Shown piece by piece: positions 22,301 through 34,860 of a stretch of DNA of 64,000 nt; position 1 is the first letter of the stretch, and every line of letters begins with the position of its first letter. Where the stretch lies: positions 22,196,001 to 22,260,000 of the forward strand of contig NC_092674.1 of assembly GCF_964355755.1 (NCBI RefSeq), read 5' to 3'. The stretch is from Antedon mediterranea. Taxonomy: Eukaryota > Animalia > Echinodermata. The notes under the pieces are model-generated. The model did no database searches. It was not told the origin of the DNA and was given only the letters and a program-made list of their open reading frames with translations. Both the position numbers and the translations under genes were made by a program.

Positions 22301-22621
22301 ATAGATATAAACAATATCACATCGACATATATTATGGCTCTAATAAATTGAAAAATAGACAAACAAAAATTGTACATCTAATTTCCATAGTTACGCTAGT
22401 TTTATGATCATATTCCCCTCATGCTTGGTTAAAAATTAATTAATGACAGAATTAAGTATCTTAATCATTATCTCTGATCATAAGACATACTTAATTATTA
22501 TAGCTCTAATACATTGAAAAATGGGCAAACTGTACACCTAATTTCCATAGTTACGCTAGTTTAATAATCATCCGATCATGGATAATTAATTATCTTCCTT
22601 TTAATTATGTAGTAAAGAATA

Positions 22622-22658
<37 letters not shown>

Positions 22659-25600
22659 AAGAATTATTCTTCTACTCCATGTTTTAATATATTTTCTGAA
22701 TGTTATGACATTATATATAAAAACAAGACAATAGTCCTAATCATAAAATTACATAGATATAAACAATAACATATTGACATAATTATTATAGCTCTTACAT
22801 AGAAAAATGGTATGTCTGTTAAACACCTAGTTTCCATAGTTACGCTAGTTTTATAATCATCATCACATCACGCTTGGTTATAAATTAATGAATGATGGAA
22901 TTAATTATCTTCTTTTAATATATTTTCTAAATGTTATTACATTATATTAAAAACAAGACAATAGTACCTGATCATAAATACATATCTTTAGTTAACAATA
23001 GTTTTAACGACAGGAGTATATTAAATGTTCCAAACAATAGACCTGGTCATAAATATACCTTAATATGGTTTCTAAATTGTAATGCTTCACATATTAAAAA
23101 CAAATTAGGCCTGTCATATTCTACTTCCATGCATTTTCTATAATAATGATACTTATATGTAGGCAGCCCTTGTCTGTTTTATATTCTCAACTTTGTCTGG
23201 TATAACAGTCTTCTTTTATGAAAAGTTTCTAAATATTTATTAGTTTCTAAATGTTTTCATATTAACAGGTATCACGTGTGTTTAGTTCTGAAAAGAACTG
23301 CTGAGTTGCTTGATGTTTCGATCAATGTATTTTGATAGTCCTCAGGAGTGAGAAAACATGTGATGTACTACAAATTTTATACAAACATACATATTGATTT
23401 CGCCATGCAAAGCTTCAAACAATATAAGTAATATCAGATTTAACCTACATATTGATGGTAAAAAAACACGAAAAACCCTTAAACTCTGTTGCTATAATAA
23501 AATTATTTTCGCAGTGTCTTTAATGCAACACAACCAGTCTTGATACTCTTTAAAGAATAGACTATACATGGTCTTTGTTTCACTGTCCTTGAAGTTGTGG
23601 TTGTCTATTTTCTTTATAACAATGGGATTTTTTCTCTAAATTGAAGTAATGGCTGGTTTAAACACGTGTAAGTGCACTAATGTAAAGATCGATCTAATCA
23701 GTATTCTAGAAGTAATCAAATGACAGGAAAATCATTTTGTTTTGTCTTTTTTCATGTATTCATAGAGATATTATAGTGAACTATAATATCTCTATGATTC
23801 ATTGCAGTTGTCAGGCAACAAATGAGTACTTATAGATTTTGTTTTTTGGGCATTGATATGTTTCGTGTTTTAGTTTTACCAAGACATACTCATACTGTTT
23901 TATTTCAAAAACGAACTTAATACATTAAAGAATTAAATCTTTTGTTTTCTGATATTGATTGCAATCAGTGTTTTATTAAACATTATTTTAACAATTTTCT
24001 CTATTCTCTCTATCAGACTGTGTACTGTAGTTGTACATTGTTGTATTTGCAAATGAGATAAGTTTATAATCATATGTTACTAAACTGACTTAAGTCTAAT
24101 TTACTGTGTGTTTGGTAAAATTATGTCAGAGTGGACCAACAGTGTGACATCGGACATTGCAAAAGTTACATAATACCTGTTCTATCATTCCTCTTATTTT
24201 ATTTATCACCTTTATTACTAAATAATGTGTTTTGTCTCTCGTACATCTACATTTTAACGTCTCTATTGGTTACCAGTAAAACAGCTTATCTATTAATACA
24301 AAGATGTTTTTTTATCCAAATCCAAGTTTTTCCCCACAATACATTTCTCGCATTAATTAATGTAATGTAATGTAATTAAATGTAACTTGTAGTCGTATAC
24401 TTAACATCCACCACTCTCTAATTATCCACCATTTTGGTTGAAGTTGTGTTGAGAGGAGAGAATTGGCCATTTATAATTGTAAAACTCATTTTGTTGTGAT
24501 TCCCTAAAACCTATAACCCCTTATATATTTTTCTTGGTTTTCATTTATGTTTTATTTATTAGTTATCCGCTTGATATACCAAGCGGATAACTCCTTGTTA
24601 TTGTATGAGATCAACATTTCTTTTCTGTATTATTCTTCTTTCCTTCCTTCCTTTTTGTGAGTCGCGTTTCTCTAAAATGTGTAAACATAACATTTCATAA
24701 CTTTGACAACATATGGGCATTTACGTGAAGTTGTGCACCTCCTATTTTTGAATGACGTCATAGTTGCGCAACGTGACTTACGCGCAATTTTATGAATTTC
24801 AATGATTGATCATAGATTAAAAACCAAAAGTCATTTAGTATTGACACTTTGACAAAATTTAAGTCATATCAGGGGCAAACTTTCTACGGATTAAAAATGG
24901 CATGTTTCACAAGAAGTTACGCGCGCACGCGCATTTAAAATTTCAAAATGCGCAAAATTAATTTCTAATCAACTTTTTACGCGTTTCACGTAGCGTGGTG
25001 CGGCGCGCACGTAGCGATAAAAACATATTTTTTTCTCTTGAATTATATTTTTCAAGCCTTTCCTAGTAATTTGAAAACAATTTAGACCTTTTCCAGTTTA
25101 AATAACGCCATACGAACACGTTGAATTAGACAATTTGTGCGCGTTTTTTATGAAAAAGCTTAAAAAATCATCAAAATAATGTCTTTTTTTAAACAGTCAT
25201 AGTTTCTAAATTAAACCGTGAACCGTTTATTTTTATTACAAAATCTAGAAGTTGATGAGTTGCAGATATCGGATCATGCATCGATAAGGCTAAAAAAACA
25301 TTGTGACGTAATCGTATGGCCACACGAATGTAAAATATAGGATTTTTGTCTGTTTCGTTATTGCTCATCACATTCAATGGAGCGCATCACGCTTATCTGT
25401 ATTCCTTTTTCTCCTATATTTATATATTGTCTAGGTCAATCAACTTTCTTTAGCATGAGATAAAAATATTTTAATTTTTATAACGTCATCATGCCTAAAA
25501 ATTTTAATTACGTGGGTCATTAATTTCATCTTTACAGTAAATTTTAATCTGTAATAGCTCGTAAGAATAAAATGTGATAATCACGATTAAAACATTTTCT

Positions 25601-28600
25601 GGAAGCTATAGGATTGTAGATACGAATTCATGTAAACATTTTGCCAATCGGATGTTGTGACGTCATCATATTGCCAGTTGAATAAAAAAAGTCGTATTTT
25701 CATATTTTGCGTAATAGTTCATCACATTTAAAAGGGTGCGCATCTATATTATTTTACGTATTCAAATTTCTTCTACACGTTAATATGTTGTTCCTGAGAT
25801 AATTTCCTTCTGAAATTGCTATTTAAGTGTTTCATTTTGATACCGTCGCCATGTTAAAAATTGGAATAAATGGCGGGTCCCGTAATTTCACCTATTCTAC
25901 ACTGTATGTAATATGTATACAGATTATACTGTTTGCATGTATACTATATGACACAAAATTGACAGAATTCAGCACTAACAGCATATCATATTCTTCAGTT
26001 CTTGTCATAATGCCATAATCTTTATCTGTGTGCAATATTCCAACGTATGACGTGCACGTGGCGTTTGTCGTTGTGCGGATAACTAACTCGTCAAAGTGAC
26101 GAGTTTCATGTCTAGTTTAATCTTGTCTTTGCACTGAATTACACTTACAATGCTAAATCATTGATTTCCAAAGTGGCTAGGCTCGCACTGGCCGATCGCC
26201 AAGTCGCCATGGGCGAAAACGTTTCCAGATTGGCGAAAAATAAAACGGCTACTTTAGCCATTTTGGCGATGTCATAATGATAAAATAGATAATCAAATAA
26301 TCATTTTGGCGAAAGCATAAAGTCCAACTAAAAGGTCCATTTGTCGATCTCCAAGGATTTATTTTGTTCGTTATCACGTTTTTACTTCAAGCTCCATTTT
26401 TCGTCAACTTGTTTCGTTGTACCAGGCGTCTCTTTGTTATTTCAATATGATGGAGATAGCAGGTGTAGACTGCATAGAGAGACAGACGTTACACGACACA
26501 TGGATGATGAAGTCTACCCAAACTATCACGTGTTGTGCGCTGCACAAACGATTACGATAGCCGACGGTCGGCTAATTACCGGGATTGTCTATTTTTCGAT
26601 AGGGGTGTACTTTTCCGATTAAAAAGAAACATTATAGTATCTTCGATGAATGACGTCTTAATCTTATCGAAATCAACAATTTATGCGTTATGCATTTTAG
26701 ACTCTTCCAATTTAATGTAGTTTAATATTTTACCCGTAATAAACTTCCCTCGTGCGTCAGTAGAGTAAACAAAACAACATGCGGGAAATGGTAGAGTCTA
26801 ACGGGGATTTAGCTAAACACACACGTGCATTATTTCCACAGCTGAGCGGGGCCGGCCGCCGGCTTCTGTGTTGTTGTGTAAATAAATAATCGGGACGACG
26901 GTATATAAACAGGGAGTTGTAAAATACAACTCCCTGGTATAAATTTCTCGCCCTGACAGAAACGCTTCGGCGCAGCCTTGAGGGATGGAAAGACGTGTAC
27001 TCTGTGCTTTGGCTTATATTATCTTAGGTTCAACAACGATACGAGGGAATTAAATTTTCCTCAATATTTTTAGCATACGACATACCGTCGTACATAATTT
27101 TGTAGGCCGGCGGGGCGGTACTGCACTTTCGCACCTCTTGAGCATACCCAATTTAACTTTAACCCGCTGCGCGGCGGTGACGCTGAGTGACCGTGAAGTC
27201 TAGGACACGATTTTTGCCTGGAAGCCATCACACAAACATGACCAGCCAAGCGTAAAAAACAAAAGTAACATAGCGTTCAGGGGATTTCAGAAAATGTTTC
27301 TATTGATAACTGTATGAATGCTGTATGATTAAAAACAATTTGAACAATTGTTTTGATCATGTAAAAAAATACAAAAAAAATATTTTTTTCAATCATACAG
27401 TGATTTAGGCATGGTTTTTTATCTCAATGCCTTACAAAAATGTTCAGGGAACAGTGTATAGACCTGTTGACATAGATAAATTGACTAAAATGTTTTTACC
27501 ACTATATTTCAAAAATTTTTAATTTTGGCTATAAACCGATTCATTTGGCTAAATAAAAAAATTTGACTTTAGCCATTTTGGCTATAGATAAACTGATTTG
27601 ACTAAAAAAAATATTTTGACTTTCGCCAAATGGCTAAACAAAATAAAATTTTAGTGCTACCCCAGAGTGGTTCAGTAGAGAACAATAACAATATAAGAAA
27701 AATATTTTAAAGACAACAAACAAAGTAATTTACATTAGTAAAAGGTTTATCTACAGAACATACAGTATATATAAAAATTAAACCTTAATCAGTAATATTT
27801 TGGATTGAAAGTAAAATTCATCAAACAAAGTCTGTTTAACAGTATTTTCGAGAGAGTTTTCTAAGAAGTCCTGGAATCAAATGGTGTTAATACAGGTTAT
27901 TAGTTAGCGATGAGGAGAATGATTAATCCATACTTTGGGAGCAAGCATGGGTTGCATTCCATAGTGCTTCAAGAATTGTTATTGGTGTTTATAAATTAAA
28001 AAATATTAACCATTTAAAACAAAAATATTAACCATTTAAAACAAATACTGTACGATTTGTTTTTTCCTTCAGCATTGAAGAAAAGGTGACACCTAAGAGA
28101 GAGCCAGCAGCCAAAAGGATAAAGCTATCAAAGGATCTTCCAGAAGCCACTGAGGATTACAGTAAATATCTTAAAGAAAAACCTTCAAAAGGAAAGGTAA
28201 GTCAAAAATAAAGATTTTTATAATTATATATTTTTATAAATTATAATATTGTATGTATGATATAAGTTATGGAGCTGTAGCTTGGTGGTTACGTGTTTGT
28301 CTTCCATTAAAATGGTCCAGGGTTCAATCCTGACCTAGTGCGAGCACAATGTAGTTTCCATCATGTTGGCTAAGTACTTGATGTTGTAATAGTGCCAGAG
28401 TTGTACAGTTTTTTGTGATGTCATAAACACATATGTATATTGCAGTTTAATTAAAAACTCAGTTGTTTTCCTGTATTCCATGGCAACAACTATTTATTTA
28501 TTTATTTTGGTATATAACATACAAACAGCAGCACTTAAATTAAAGGCTGAAAACGGTAGCAAACCAAACACCTTATAATAAATATACCCTGCATATCTAT

Positions 28601-31600
28601 CCTACGTCCTCTATCTTGCCTATTTATTTGTTTTTCAATACATACGCTACCTTTTAAGATTATTATATAATTATAAGTTTTACCTTTTTAGCCGCAGAAA
28701 GTACTAAAGTTACAGAAATAATATTTTTGAATATAATGAAATAAACTCATACAAATGTTTGCATTTTTTGATTTAATCTCTCTTGTTTTGTTTTTTAAAA
28801 ACTGTTAATTGATAATGTAGTGAGAAATGATAAATAAACGTTGATTCGATTGAGTTATTGAGGTTATTGACATTGTGGTGTGACACAAATCCTTCCCACA
28901 CGTACAGTAGCAGTTGGTCAAAACATTTTATTTGTAAAAATTTGTATCTTAACAAATAGCATTGATTTTAGCATTACAATTTTGTTGCTTCAAATTGCAA
29001 GTATGTTATAGCCTTTTGTTTATCAGTTGATGTTCTTAGTAACAAAATCATTACCTGCAGGAATAATATCCACAAATGACATCACAATACATTTATTGTT
29101 GCCAATAGATATCACAATAAGGTTTGTTACACTGACAGAATTGAATTGAAAATCATTTTTAGTTTATTAATAATAATAGGAAAGAAATTTAAACAAAAGA
29201 ATTGAATTCGTCACATTTGATGAGTTCGGTTTATCCATGTCATGTATTAGCAGTGTTACTATAGTCAAGTCAAGTATCATTTACAGTATTGTCATTTGTT
29301 TTAAGAAAAAAACATATAAATTCTGTTTCCTCTGTTGGCAGAACACAATATCCAACGGACACAACACGTACTCAAAACAAAAACATTTCAAAAAGTGTCT
29401 ACATGATGTTTAGGCTGTAATAGCTCCTGGAAAAAAACTACCAATTTAATCCTTGTATAAGTGATAATATCATCCACAAGAAAAGACAAACCAACACAGA
29501 ACAGAGCCAACAGAGCTGTGTCATCATTAGGTGATCATTTAGAATAAAATGACATTTTTGCGCACGCGATTTTTAAAAAGGGTACAAAATAAAATTTGAT
29601 GTATACATCACATTCTACTCACAATCCTTAGTACATTCTCCGACTTTGAGTCCATTCCGACTTAAAATAACGCTATACGAGCATGTTAAAAATGACAAAA
29701 TGCACACATTAATTGTACAAAAGTGCTAAAAATGGTAAAAAATAAGGCCTTTTTAAAATGAATATAACGCTTCAGAATGGCAGGTGACCCCCAATTTTTT
29801 TAACTTATTATGGTAGCCAATAAGTTGTAGATATAAATATATATACATATTAGACGTACAAAATGGTATGACGTCATCAAATGGCCACTTGAATTTAAAA
29901 ATTAGTAATTTTTTTCTTTTTGTGTGGGTTATCACATTCAATAGAGCGCATCTCCGTTATTTGAGCCCGATTTTCGCACAAATTTTAGTATGTGCTTGCT
30001 CAATTAATTATCTTTCTTATGAGTTGTCAAAATTTTATTTTGGTGACGTCATCACGCGTAAAAACTTGAATAACCTACGTCGTCTAATTTCAGCTACACC
30101 ATACATTTGAATATCTTATAGCTCTTCATAATTAAAGGTGACCTTGAAGATTATAACTTATTATGAAAGCTGATGAAATCTAGATATGAATTGATATAAA
30201 AATTAAGCCTATCGGATGTAGTGATGTTATCATATGGCCAGTTGAAGTTAAAAAGTAGTTTTTAAATTTCTTTAGTCGAAGTTATACAAATTTCAAAGAG
30301 CGCGCATTGCGCTTCTACGTGTCAAATTCTCTTCCAATCCTTATATTTATTTGCTCTATTCAATATCTTTCGAAATTGTCATCTTCGAGTTTATTTTGAT
30401 AATTCCATCATACCAAAAAAATAGAGCATGATGTGGGTCCCGTAATTTCACCTATGCTACACTGTATATAGATATACTGTATATATTGTGTATGAAACAT
30501 AATAGGTACAACTCAGCACTATAAGTGTATATGCATCATGTCATAGGATGGCGTACATCAGCTTTTTACGATCATATGTTAACGTACGTGCATGTTTAAA
30601 AAATGTTAATTTCATTAAAATGATAACAATGATCACCTATAATTCGTCAAAGTGACGAATTAAATTCTAGTTTATTTTATTATTGTACAGAATAAAAGCA
30701 TTGGTTACATTACAAGACCCACCATTTTTCCAATTGACACCATCATCAGATAGGTAATTGTCTGAGCAAGAACATATTAACATTTTGAAGAAAAGGAAAT
30801 CGGGCACATAGAAGCGAAATGGGCACTGTTTTTCTATGAACTGAACAAAATGATGCCATATAATAAAATAAAATCATACTGTAACATTTGATCGACCAAA
30901 ACCTTTCATAAGTTTTTTATTTATTTATTTTATTTTTATTTATTCGACTTCTCACTAACTCAGTTAGTGAAGGATCTGGACCAACAGGTGGTAAACACCT
31001 CTAAAACGGTCCAGTCCCAATTTGCACAGTGGCTGTGTGTGACAGTGGCTATGTTTGTGTGGACTACTACACCGGCGTAACCCCTGGTGTGGACTACTAC
31101 ACCGGGGTAACCCCCTACTCGTCTCGAAAGATGTACTAGGTTCTTTAAAGTGCGCATGAGCTATGTGTACACTGGACCTACGGTTTATAGTCCTTATCCG
31201 AGAAGACTCGTTCTACCACCAGAAAAAAAATGATGTGATGTGGAGCGAGTGAGCCTCGAACCCTTGCCGATGTTATGGCTACGTAATTACGGTTCCACTG
31301 TCTTAACCGCTCAAGTTCATCAATACAAGGGGAGCTACAGTATAATAAATCTATGCCTGTTCTTGTAGAAATTTGCATTATATTGCCCATTTTCGTATGT
31401 AATTTATAGTTATTGAATTTAATGGAATGTATCACGAATCTAATGTGAAAACTGTTTATCTAAACTAACAATTTTGAAATAATAATGGCCTGAAACTTGA
31501 TTATAAAATGATTTTGAACAATTCATATGTTTCAATGCGTGTTTGTGCACATAATCCCTTAATATGAATTACCATGTATGTTTTCATTTTTCAGTTTCAA

Positions 31601-33680
31601 TAACTATCAAATGCTTTTTTTTTTTTCTTCTGTAATGCTTATTTTTCACCTGTTGAAATTTACCATTTACAAATAATTGTGTGTTTGACCCATATTTGTT
31701 ATAGGTTTTCTTTTTCTTGCTCAAAACCTACAGCTCTGATAAAGTTTTGGGTTTTCTTAAAAATCACAAATTAAAAAAAAAAATCTCTTGTTCGTGGCAT
31801 CCATTTGCAACTGTTTTCAATAATATTAGTTGTATCAAGACTTTGATTGTTTGCAATGTAATTTCATATTGCTTATTAATGTTTAAATACTGTATAAGTA
31901 AGGCTGATGTTAAATGTTGATAATAATATCGACAATGATAATTGTAAAAGCTTTTACGCATATTGTATATATTGAGCATGTTTATCAGGCGCCAAGTCTA
32001 TTTGAATTCACCGCTAGTTCAATACCTTTTATACCATACTAATGGTTTAATACATGGTAAGTATCGTCTACCAAAGATTGTTAGCTGTCATTAAGTTTTT
32101 TCTAATCAATTTTGTTTGTATTCTGAAAGTTGGATACATTTCTGCCCACTTAATGACGTTTGAATTTGATTGATTTGTTTTATACAAATTTTACAACAGT
32201 GTAATCTAGCAGTTCCGACATATCGTTGCTTGTCAAGTCAATAATTATACATGAGTTGTTTTTCTCTTATCTAAAAGCTTTTGGCTTTTGTATACTCTAT
32301 TTTTATTCAACTGTTGTTTATTGACTACCAAGTTCCAACATTTTAATAGGTTTGATAAGTAATCTGTTATAGTAAAACATGCCTTAAAAAATTAACAAAT
32401 GTGATTTTCCAGAATGAAAACTTTATATAACACACTGTAATGTACATTTGATTGGGTGAATTGTTTTCATCTGCATTGCATTATTTTTTCAATTGTATCG
32501 ATCAACTCCATGTTGCTAATTTTTTTATGGATTTTGATTCTCGATACCATCAGAATGAAGATTTTTTTACTGGATACTAGACGGCTGTCAGTATTGAGCA
32601 ATTTGCATAATTAGCATAAACAAAATGGCCGCTAGTTTCATACAAACATGCTATATTTCTGGAAATACTGGACGTAGAGTAGTGAGATAACGTTGGTGTC
32701 AAATTGTTCACAATGTATATGATTATATTGGCTCTAACAGAAACTTTTTTGTAAAATTGACCAGAAACCCCTTTTTAGCAATTTGACCTTTGACCTCTTT
32801 TTACTAAGTAAGTAACAGATCAGAGAGAATTAAATCTAGGAACACATTGTTCCCAAGATATACATTTATTGCTTGAAAATAACTGGAAGTGCAGTTAATA
32901 TTGACCTTTGACATAATTTGCATTGCATTATTTTCTCAAATTCAAACGGTCAACTCCATGTTGCTAATTTTTTTCGTTGGACTGGATGTATATAAATGTG
33001 CGTCTGTATACCACCAACATGTAAAATCTGTCATTGATAACTATAATCTACTCAAATTTAGATTATAGTTAACGCATCAGTAGACGGCCTGAAGTTCAAA
33101 CAAAATATCAGCTTGTCATTTTATTTTTCTTTAAACAAATTTAGGCAGTTTTTTCAGAGGTTTCTTTAATTAATTTCTGAATTATGAATACATTTAAAAG
33201 TTATAATGCATGGAAGAAAATTATCATATGTTATTAATCGCCATATGCAAGATCACTTCAATACAAACAAAAAACAAATTTCAACATTCAATTTGAAAAA
33301 CGCCTATTATGAGCACCTTCAGGAGCCAGAAAAGTGACCCCATAGCATCATATATGCAAGTGATCACGGGTGTATATAATGGGTACAGGTTATATCAAGA
33401 CACAACTTTGTGCTGATTATTAGCTGCATTAATATGGGAGTATGTTTCCATCGTGTTTGATTATAAACATGACCGGGTAATAATGTGCAGCGCATTGTGA
33501 GCTTGCTTATATGCGCTATATAAGAATGAACTATTATTATTATTCTTTTTTTTTAGTTTTATTATTTTCTTTTTTACTTAACAGCAAAGCAAATTGACAA
33601 CTCAACAGAAGTGTCTACAGAAAGTGGATAAAAAAGGGATGAAGAGTATATCCAGTTTTTTTGGCAAACCATCAAAATGA
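10364..33680 (+). CDS. RNASEH2B: Ribonuclease H2 subunit B; exons 10364-10424, 13772-13843, 14164-14271, 15575-15648, 16127-16241, 20340-20510, 21153-21234, 28073-28196, 33585-33680
   Basis: Phase-compatible GT-AG exons give MSTNVDS..QWVAFFP / FIKLRHPKT / IYEV..SSWFIGETVQK / DGSLQILTPVDPLFLVLPYL / FMTIDQII / YRYNEEKTITWL / YTKYAVGLVRDYL / EPAAKRIKLS..EATEDYSK / QKVDKKGMKSISSFF (PIP box). Confidence 0.94.
11053..13211. mobile_element. Non-autonomous DNA transposon with ~350-bp imperfect TIRs and 8-bp TSD (Merlin/MuDR-like), interrupted by a LINE
   Basis: Termini GGCGCTAGTT / AACTAGCGCC. The arms ~11053-11410 and ~12848-13211 are inverted homologues. TSD AGAAAAAG at 11045-11052 and 13212-13219. 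Confidence 0.85.
11540..12846 (+). mobile_element. 5'-truncated non-LTR retrotransposon (CR1/L2 group); RT ORF 11542-12612
   Basis: LLDFSKAYD, GIPQGSWLGPILF, KYMDD, KLLGV and IRPVLEYACAVWSP motifs. The 3' UTR ends in (AAAT)n. Confidence 0.93.
13262..13568 (+). mobile_element. tRNA-derived SINE with CORE-like central domain
   Basis: A box TGGCGCAGTG, B box GGTTTGAATCC, CORE-like TCCTTAGGCAAG...TGTATAAATGGG, and a (TAT)n tail. A 3' partial copy lies at 33365-33544. Confidence 0.8.
14330..14953. mobile_element. Non-autonomous TTAA-inserting DNA transposon (Kolobok-like)
   Basis: TTAA|AGCCCCATTCCCT ... AGGGAAGGGGTCT|TTAA. Confidence 0.7.
15025..15293. repeat. 48-bp minisatellite (~5.5 units plus decayed flanks)
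   Basis: Unit TTTGATTGGGAAATGGCAGCACCTATTCAATTAAAGAGTTGTAAAGAG, with a period of 48. Confidence 0.9.
16485..20067 (-). mobile_element. Decayed Academ-type DNA transposon in RNASEH2B intron 5
   Basis: TIRs start TAGTAG(G/A)G(C/A)GGCCAA and share a >100-bp block. TTT lies on both flanks. Minus-strand broken transposase motifs at ~17690-18550: GITRN..DRFCMTW, HEPLRK..TFADFYK, DGHAL..TFGDYA, VFDHY...IK...R, FHA...GKR.YWK. Confidence 0.75.
18630..19270 (-). mobile_element. CR1 LINE 3' fragment nested in the Academ element
   Basis: Minus-strand frameshifted translation: IYKHYV..YCVQV*NPF..NALE..QRHAT, SYEDRLK..LYDRRIHGDLIE, GHQLRLFKP, NSLPTKVV..TNTFKNRLDS. Confidence 0.82.
20131..20157. repeat. 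(TCA)9 microsatellite
   Basis: Read directly. Confidence 0.9.
22290..22990. repeat. Degenerate local tandem duplications around a (TAT)n tract at 22622-22657
   Basis: TTTCCATAGTTACGCTAGTTT recurs at ~22382, 22542 and 22832. AAATTACATAGATATAAACAAT recurs at ~22294 and 22746. Confidence 0.75.
23270..23720 (-). mobile_element. Penelope-like element 3' remnant with decayed hammerhead motif (23308-23349)
   Basis: The minus strand has a GIY-YIG-tail-like remnant (..HVFKPAI), then actc-CTGAGGA-ct-ATCAA aataca TTGAT-c-GAAACATC-aagc. Confidence 0.55.
24557..26117 (+). mobile_element. Helentron-associated non-autonomous element (HINE/DINE-1-like)
   Basis: 5' stem-loop AGTTATCCGCTTG-atatac-CAAGCGGATAACT. 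The 3' end has subTIR GCGGATAACT, hairpin AACTCGTCA-aag-TGACGAGTT and CTAG before a T run. Confidence 0.8.
26177..27665. mobile_element. hAT-like non-autonomous element (degenerate ends)
   Basis: Ends AGGCTCGCACT / AGTGCTACCCC, with clustered TTGGCGA/TTGGCTA subterminal motifs at both ends. Imperfect flank duplication around AGTGG. Confidence 0.55.
28271..28342 (+). mobile_element. Decayed tRNA-like SINE head
   Basis: TAGCTTGGTGG A-box-like and GGTTCAATCC B-box. No intact cloverleaf. Confidence 0.4.
29527..30672 (+). mobile_element. HINE-like element, second subfamily
   Basis: subTIRs TAGGTGATCATT / AATGATCACCTA, 3' hairpin AATTCGTCA-aag-TGACGAATT and CTAG. The interior is homologous to 24557-26117 (e.g. 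GGGTCCCGTAATTTCACCTAT). Confidence 0.78.
30915..31316 (-). mobile_element. tRNA-derived SINE with Deu/Nin domain
   Basis: Minus strand: B box GGTTCGAG, then CGGATAAGGACTATAAACCGTAGGTCC...TTAAAGAACC...GAGTAGGGGGTTACCCCGGTGT (Deu-domain-like), a 3' hairpin and an A-rich tail. Confidence 0.78.
33365..33544 (+). mobile_element. 3' part of the CORE-like SINE family seen at 13262
   Basis: Shared AATGGGTAC..ATCAAGAC.CAACTTTG.GCTGATTA.TAGCTGCATTA and (TAT)n tail. Confidence 0.75.
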
Positions 33681-34860
33681 ATCAACAAATAAAAAGTAGC
33701 ATTGAAAAGAAAATTCTGTTTTTAAAATGTCTATGGTTGATATAGTTGAATCTCTTGGTGTAGACACCTAATTGTGGCCAGCTGCTAATGCTCAGAGGCA
33801 GCCAGGGGTAGCCCACAAGGATGAAGGTGGGTCCATACACACAATATCCAAAGGTGAAGTAGTGCTGGCGGTCATAGAGAGTCAGCCCATCTGGGATTGT
33901 TTGTATTGGATTTCACAATATTCATGACAAAACATATAATAGTAGACCATACAAAAAGCTGTTGCCCGGATGACTAGGGCAACAATCTGCCCATGATTGT
34001 CACTCATTCAAAATCCTCTGTTATTCATAATAATAGTAAATATTAAATGACTGTGGAAAAACATTGATTGCATTTTCCCGACTTGAAAATTGTTTTTCAC
34101 AAAGTACATTTTCTATAAAAGATACTGAAAATAAAGTTACTGAATCTACTGATCAACAATTTAATATAAATAAAGTAAAGTTCCTAGAAAAAATTGAGCG
34201 GCTCTCTCTCCCCGCATCAAAATAGTTCAACCTGTAGTTCCAACTGTATAGTATATGATAGAAAATTTTAACATAGAGTTCTCTTCAATCAAACAAGTTC
34301 TTTTGAAGCCACGTTTTGGTAATTTTGAAAACTCCAGACTTTGCAATTTAATTAAACAATTGTAAATATTGTAATTAACAGGGAATACTTTCGCCAGTGT
34401 AGCATAGCAAAAAGATATACAAAACAACCTTCTTGCTACACATTTCTACAATTGTGTAGCAAAAAATATGACTAAAAAAATCAGTTTGATTCGCAATATT
34501 GCTAAACAAAATTTTAAAATGAAATTTTTCCATAATTAACTTCTTGTAACATACAGTAATAATACAAACTGAATATCAATTCATATTTCCCGAATTAAAT
34601 TTCTTTTAAAATAGCAAAAGTTTTCGTCTAAACTGATTGTTTTGCCATACAGCATAAATGAAATAGAAAATATGATGTGGCCAAATATGGTAGTGATATG
34701 CACACATCTGTTAGTGATATGACATCATCATGTCCATATTTGGGTCCATCACATTTTTTTGTCACATAAAGTTTGGATAGAGCTTTAGATATTTCATGTT
34801 GTCTTTGAAAATAATTTATTTAAATATGCATTGACAAAAAGTTTAAAAAACTGCAATGCC

